Below, one piece after another: positions 61,335 through 64,000 of a stretch of 64,000 bases of DNA. The translations under genes and the position numbers were made by a program. The DNA lies in the NCBI GenBank assembly GCA_963743915.1, contig CAVURN010000005.1, forward strand, positions 352,001-416,000. Direction: 5' to 3'. This stretch comes from an uncultured Actinomycetota bacterium. GTDB taxonomy: Bacteria > Actinomycetota > Actinomycetes > JAHEKZ01. The notes beneath the pieces were generated by a model. That model was not told the DNA's origin. It did no database searches and saw only the letters and a list, made by a program, of their open reading frames with translations. The stretch's first letter is position 1, and every line of letters starts with the position of its first letter.

Positions 61335-63509
61335 TCACCTCGTCGGAGCCATCCTGCTTGTCTTCGATACTGGCGTGATTGGCAGTTTGCCAACCAGTTC
61401 GTCGTCGTAGTCCTCCTCGCGCCACCCAAGGATTCGGTGCTCTCGAATGAATGGCAGTGGGGTGGCGGGATCCGCCTCATCAATCTCCCTGGCGAGGCGG
61501 TGTCCCTCGAAAACCGCCTCGGCAATCACGCGCGGCTCAACGCAGTCACCGATGCGGAAGACATCAATTCCGTCCTCCCCGGGCCGCTGGTCATGGCTTG
61601 TCAACGCCTCATACAACCCGCTCCGCGAACGACGCTGCGTGACGAGGACAACGGCATCTGCTTGCCAGTCCGCTGTCTTGCCGGCGTGGTATGTGTGATG
61701 TCCGGTGACCAGACCCGGCCGGAGGGATGTCACAAGGTGGCTTGGGACTACCTCGATGCCCAGTTTCAGCAGACCGTGCATCACACGCTCACCCTCGTCG
61801 GTGAAGAACAGGTACGATCCGACTTGGTCGGCCGGGCAGACCAGCGTGACCTTCTTTCCTTCCAAGGCCAGCTTCTCGGCGATGCTGGATCCCATGAAAT
61901 AGCCGTCGCAGTCGTAGACGACGACGGATTCCCCGAGAATCGGCCGTTCCTCAACCATGAGGGATTCGGGCGTGTACACCATGGCTGCGTGTTCTTCGAC
62001 CCCGTTGATCGGCGCGTGGGTGATCGGGTTCATGCCTGTCGCATCCCATTCGGAGCCGGTCGCGACCACAACGATCTGTGCCCCGTAATCCAAGACCTCC
62101 TCGGCGGTGATGGGGTGGTCGGTCAAGACCGTGACGCCAGGAAGCTTGGCGAGCTGAGCCTCGCGGTACTCCACGACGCGCCGCCACGTACGGAGTCCGG
62201 GCAACTCGGAAACCCAGTTGACATGGCCACCGACCTCGGCGGCCCTGTCGACGAGGTGAACTTGTTCAAACCCGCGCTCGCCCAGGACCCGGGCGCACTC
62301 CATACCAGCGGGGCCGGCCCCCACGATAAGTACTGGCTCCTCAGACCTGGCGGACGGATTGAATCGCTCCGGATGCCAGCCGCGGCGATACTCCTCGCCA
62401 ACCGTCGCATTTTGGGTGCACACGATCCGGCCGCCCCCGTTGTTGAACCGGGAAACGCAGATATTGCAGCCTATGCACTCGCGGATATCCTCAGCGCGGC
62501 CTTCCAGGATCTTTGTCGGAATGAAGGGGTCTGCGATGGCGGGACGCGCCGCAGAGATGATGTCGATGACGCCATCACTCACCGCCTGCGCCATCAGTTG
62601 CGGGTCGGTGAACCGGCCAACAGCGGTGATGGGTTTCTTGGCATAGGGCCGGACCTGCTCGATGTAGTCCCGCTGCCAGAATGGCTGGAAGAATCGGGAC
62701 GAACTGCAGTCGTCCGACATGTGTCCGACCTGCATGTCCCACAGGTCAACGAGGTCATCGAGAAGCTCGACAACAGCAATTCCATCCTCATTGACCTTGA
62801 ACGCCTCTTCTGACTCATCGGTGAATGAGTCAAGACAGAAGCCAGCCACAATCGCACAGTCGTCGCCGACGGCCGCACGCACCTGCTCGACCGTTTCACG
62901 CCAGAATCTGACGCGATTCTCGATGGAACCACCGTACTCATCCGTGCGCTGGTTCCAGTAGCGCCAGAGGAATTGCAGCGGCAACGAGAACCCCGCGCGG
63001 GCGGAGATCTGAACGAGATCAAATCCGACGTTGCGTGCGCGGATGGCGGCGTCGACGTATGCCTTCTGAATCCGACGGATATCCTGCTTATCCATGGCGT
63101 AGCACGAGTGGCCGGACAATGGACTCGTCACCTGGGAAGGCCCGCCGGCTGGGAGACGGGTCCCAAATCCGCTGTGGTCCGGTCCCATGTAGACCAGCTG
63201 AACGCCTGCCAAGGCCCCGAACTCATGGACCCGGTCCACCATGAGTTGCAGATTGGCCTCGTCGCGACGATCAATCAATCGAGCCTGAACCCATGGCGCA
63301 TCATCACTCTCCGCGTCGACAGCGCAGTACTCGGTGTTGACGGCGGCCCAGCCACCTTCTGCACGCAGGCCCCGCAGATAGGCCTGGGCCCCGGGGTGGT
63401 CCACTCCGAGCCCGGAACAGTGAGGCGAAACGTAGAAACGATTGCGGAAAGTCTTCGGCCCAACCCGGATGGGCTCAAAGAGGGGCAGGTGACTCGGGTC
63501 GGTTGTCAT
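61335..63509 (-). CDS. TMADH/histamine-dehydrogenase-family flavoprotein (6-S-Cys-FMN Cys and [4Fe-4S] motif retained)
   Basis: 'LFEPIRVGPKTFRNRFYVSPHC', 'AEGGWAAVNTEYC', 'IRECIGCNIC...VCTQN', 'GEEYRRGWHPE', 'GHRLAREID...PLPFIRE'. Confidence 0.9.
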   Translation of the reverse strand: MTTDPSHLPLFEPIRVGPKTFRNRFYVSPHCSGLGVDHPGAQAYLRGLRAEGGWAAVNTEYCAVDAESDDAPWVQARLIDRRDEANLQLMVDRVHEFGALAGVQLVYMGPDHSGFGTRLPAGGPSQVTSPLSGHSCYAMDKQDIRRIQKAYVDAAIRARNVGFDLVQISARAGFSLPLQFLWRYWNQRTDEYGGSIENRVRFWRETVEQVRAAVGDDCAIVAGFCLDSFTDESEEAFKVNEDGIAVVELLDDLVDLWDMQVGHMSDDCSSSRFFQPFWQRDYIEQVRPYAKKPITAVGRFTDPQLMAQAVSDGVIDIISAARPAIADPFIPTKILEGRAEDIRECIGCNICVSRFNNGGGRIVCTQNATVGEEYRRGWHPERFNPSARSEEPVLIVGAGPAGMECARVLGERGFEQVHLVDRAAEVGGHVNWVSELPGLRTWRRVVEYREAQLAKLPGVTVLTDHPITAEEVLDYGAQIVVVATGSEWDATGMNPITHAPINGVEEHAAMVYTPESLMVEERPILGESVVVYDCDGYFMGSSIAEKLALEGKKVTLVCPADQVGSYLFFTDEGERVMHGLLKLGIEVVPSHLVTSLRPGLVTGHHTYHAGKTADWQADAVVLVTQRRSRSGLYEALTSHDQRPGEDGIDVFRIGDCVEPRVIAEAVFEGHRLAREIDEADPATPLPFIREHRILGWREEDYDDELVGKLPITPVSKTSRMAPTR

Positions 63510-63651
63510 GGCCCTCAACCTAGCCATGCCCATCAGGTGCTTCCTTTCATGAGGTGCCGAATCTGACCCTGACAATTTGCGGATCTGCACTAGCAAGAAA
63601 TCGTCCGCGGTGATCCCACCTCAGGTGAGCGGGCTCAGGGATCAGCGAGGG

Positions 63652-64000
63652 TTATCCACGTTCATCGCCCATTGCCCATTCATAGCTCATCTGGACGAGT
63701 TGCCACACGACCTCGAGTTCAGCGCGATCCCGTGGACCGTAGACGAGAAAGGAGTCCTGAACTGGATGCGGTACGCCCCACCCGCCTCGGAGAGCGGCAT
63801 TTACTGCAGACCGAGGCAATGAAAGGTGGAGGCTGCCGTCGTGATGCGGATGCAAGTGCGCAAACTCTCGGCCCTTCTGAAAGCGTGCGGCAGGAGCTCG
63901 GCCGAACCCGTCGGCCAGGTGGAGGGCGCGAGCGTGCGACACGGAGACCAGCGTGGGAGCCATGTAGGTGAAGGGCAGGGAGCGCATCCTGAGCCACAGC
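63652..64000 (-). CDS. DUF5519 / luciferase-like domain protein, 5' end possibly outside window
   Basis: 'REFAHLHPHHDGSLHLSLP', 'GWGVPHP', 'VYGPRDRAELEVVWQLV'. Confidence 0.75.
   Translation of the reverse strand, partial: LWLRMRSLPFTYMAPTLVSVSHARALHLADGFGRAPAARFQKGREFAHLHPHHDGSLHLSLPRSAVNAALRGGWGVPHPVQDSFLVYGPRDRAELEVVWQLVQMSYEWAMGDERG

Larger units (their letters stand above)
32550..64000. other. Putative horizontally acquired catabolic island (lower GC; left edge approximate, right edge outside window)
   Basis: Visibly more A/T and A/T-ending codons. Spot counts: 35/60 GC in line 41761 vs 46/60 in line 12601. Decayed genes at the left edge; no integrase seen. Confidence 0.65.

Noticed and set aside
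61230-62813. Long plus-strand ORF (527 aa) and similar long antisense ORFs across the window
   Set aside because: Shadow frames opposite well-supported genes in high-GC DNA, with no recognisable motifs.
32550-64000. Prophage, ICE or IS call for the island
   Set aside because: No integrase, transposase, relaxase or terminal repeats recognised within the window.

Overview
High-GC actinobacterial DNA (Nocardioides/Propionibacteriales-like gene order), with many single-base frameshifts up to about 38 kb that look like long-read errors. There are three parts. (1) 2.2-10.4 kb: a putative histamine/imidazole-acetate catabolic operon just downstream of tRNA-Ala(CGC). It joins an actinobacterial histamine dehydrogenase to homologues of the Pseudomonas hinFLHG genes, plus an aldehyde dehydrogenase and a LysR regulator. 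(2) 10.5-32.5 kb: conserved actinobacterial backbone (sepX/glpR, RimJ-like GNAT, mogA, moaC, moeA, galU, diguanylate cyclase, 5-formyl-THF cyclo-ligase, penicillin acylase, CIRCE-preceded FmdB/Ruc-like gene, mscL, HU), a TetR/GcvT-like/FAD-oxidoreductase module and a MarR-MFS pair. (3) About 32.5 kb to the window end: a lower-GC island carrying an Arthrobacter (Paenarthrobacter) nicotinovorans-type pyridine-pathway nicotine cluster. It includes ndhMSL, kdhL, kdhMS, pnh, dhpH, coxG, xdhC/coxD, nit, a cyclase and Dabb. No 6-hydroxynicotine oxidase, mabO or mao is visible in the window. Instead there are two tandem, divergent trimethylamine/histamine-dehydrogenase-family flavoproteins with altered cofactor and active-site residues, a split ribose-type ABC transporter and a PucR-type regulator. 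Orthology calls rest on motifs and my recollection of reference protein sequences; no database search was run.
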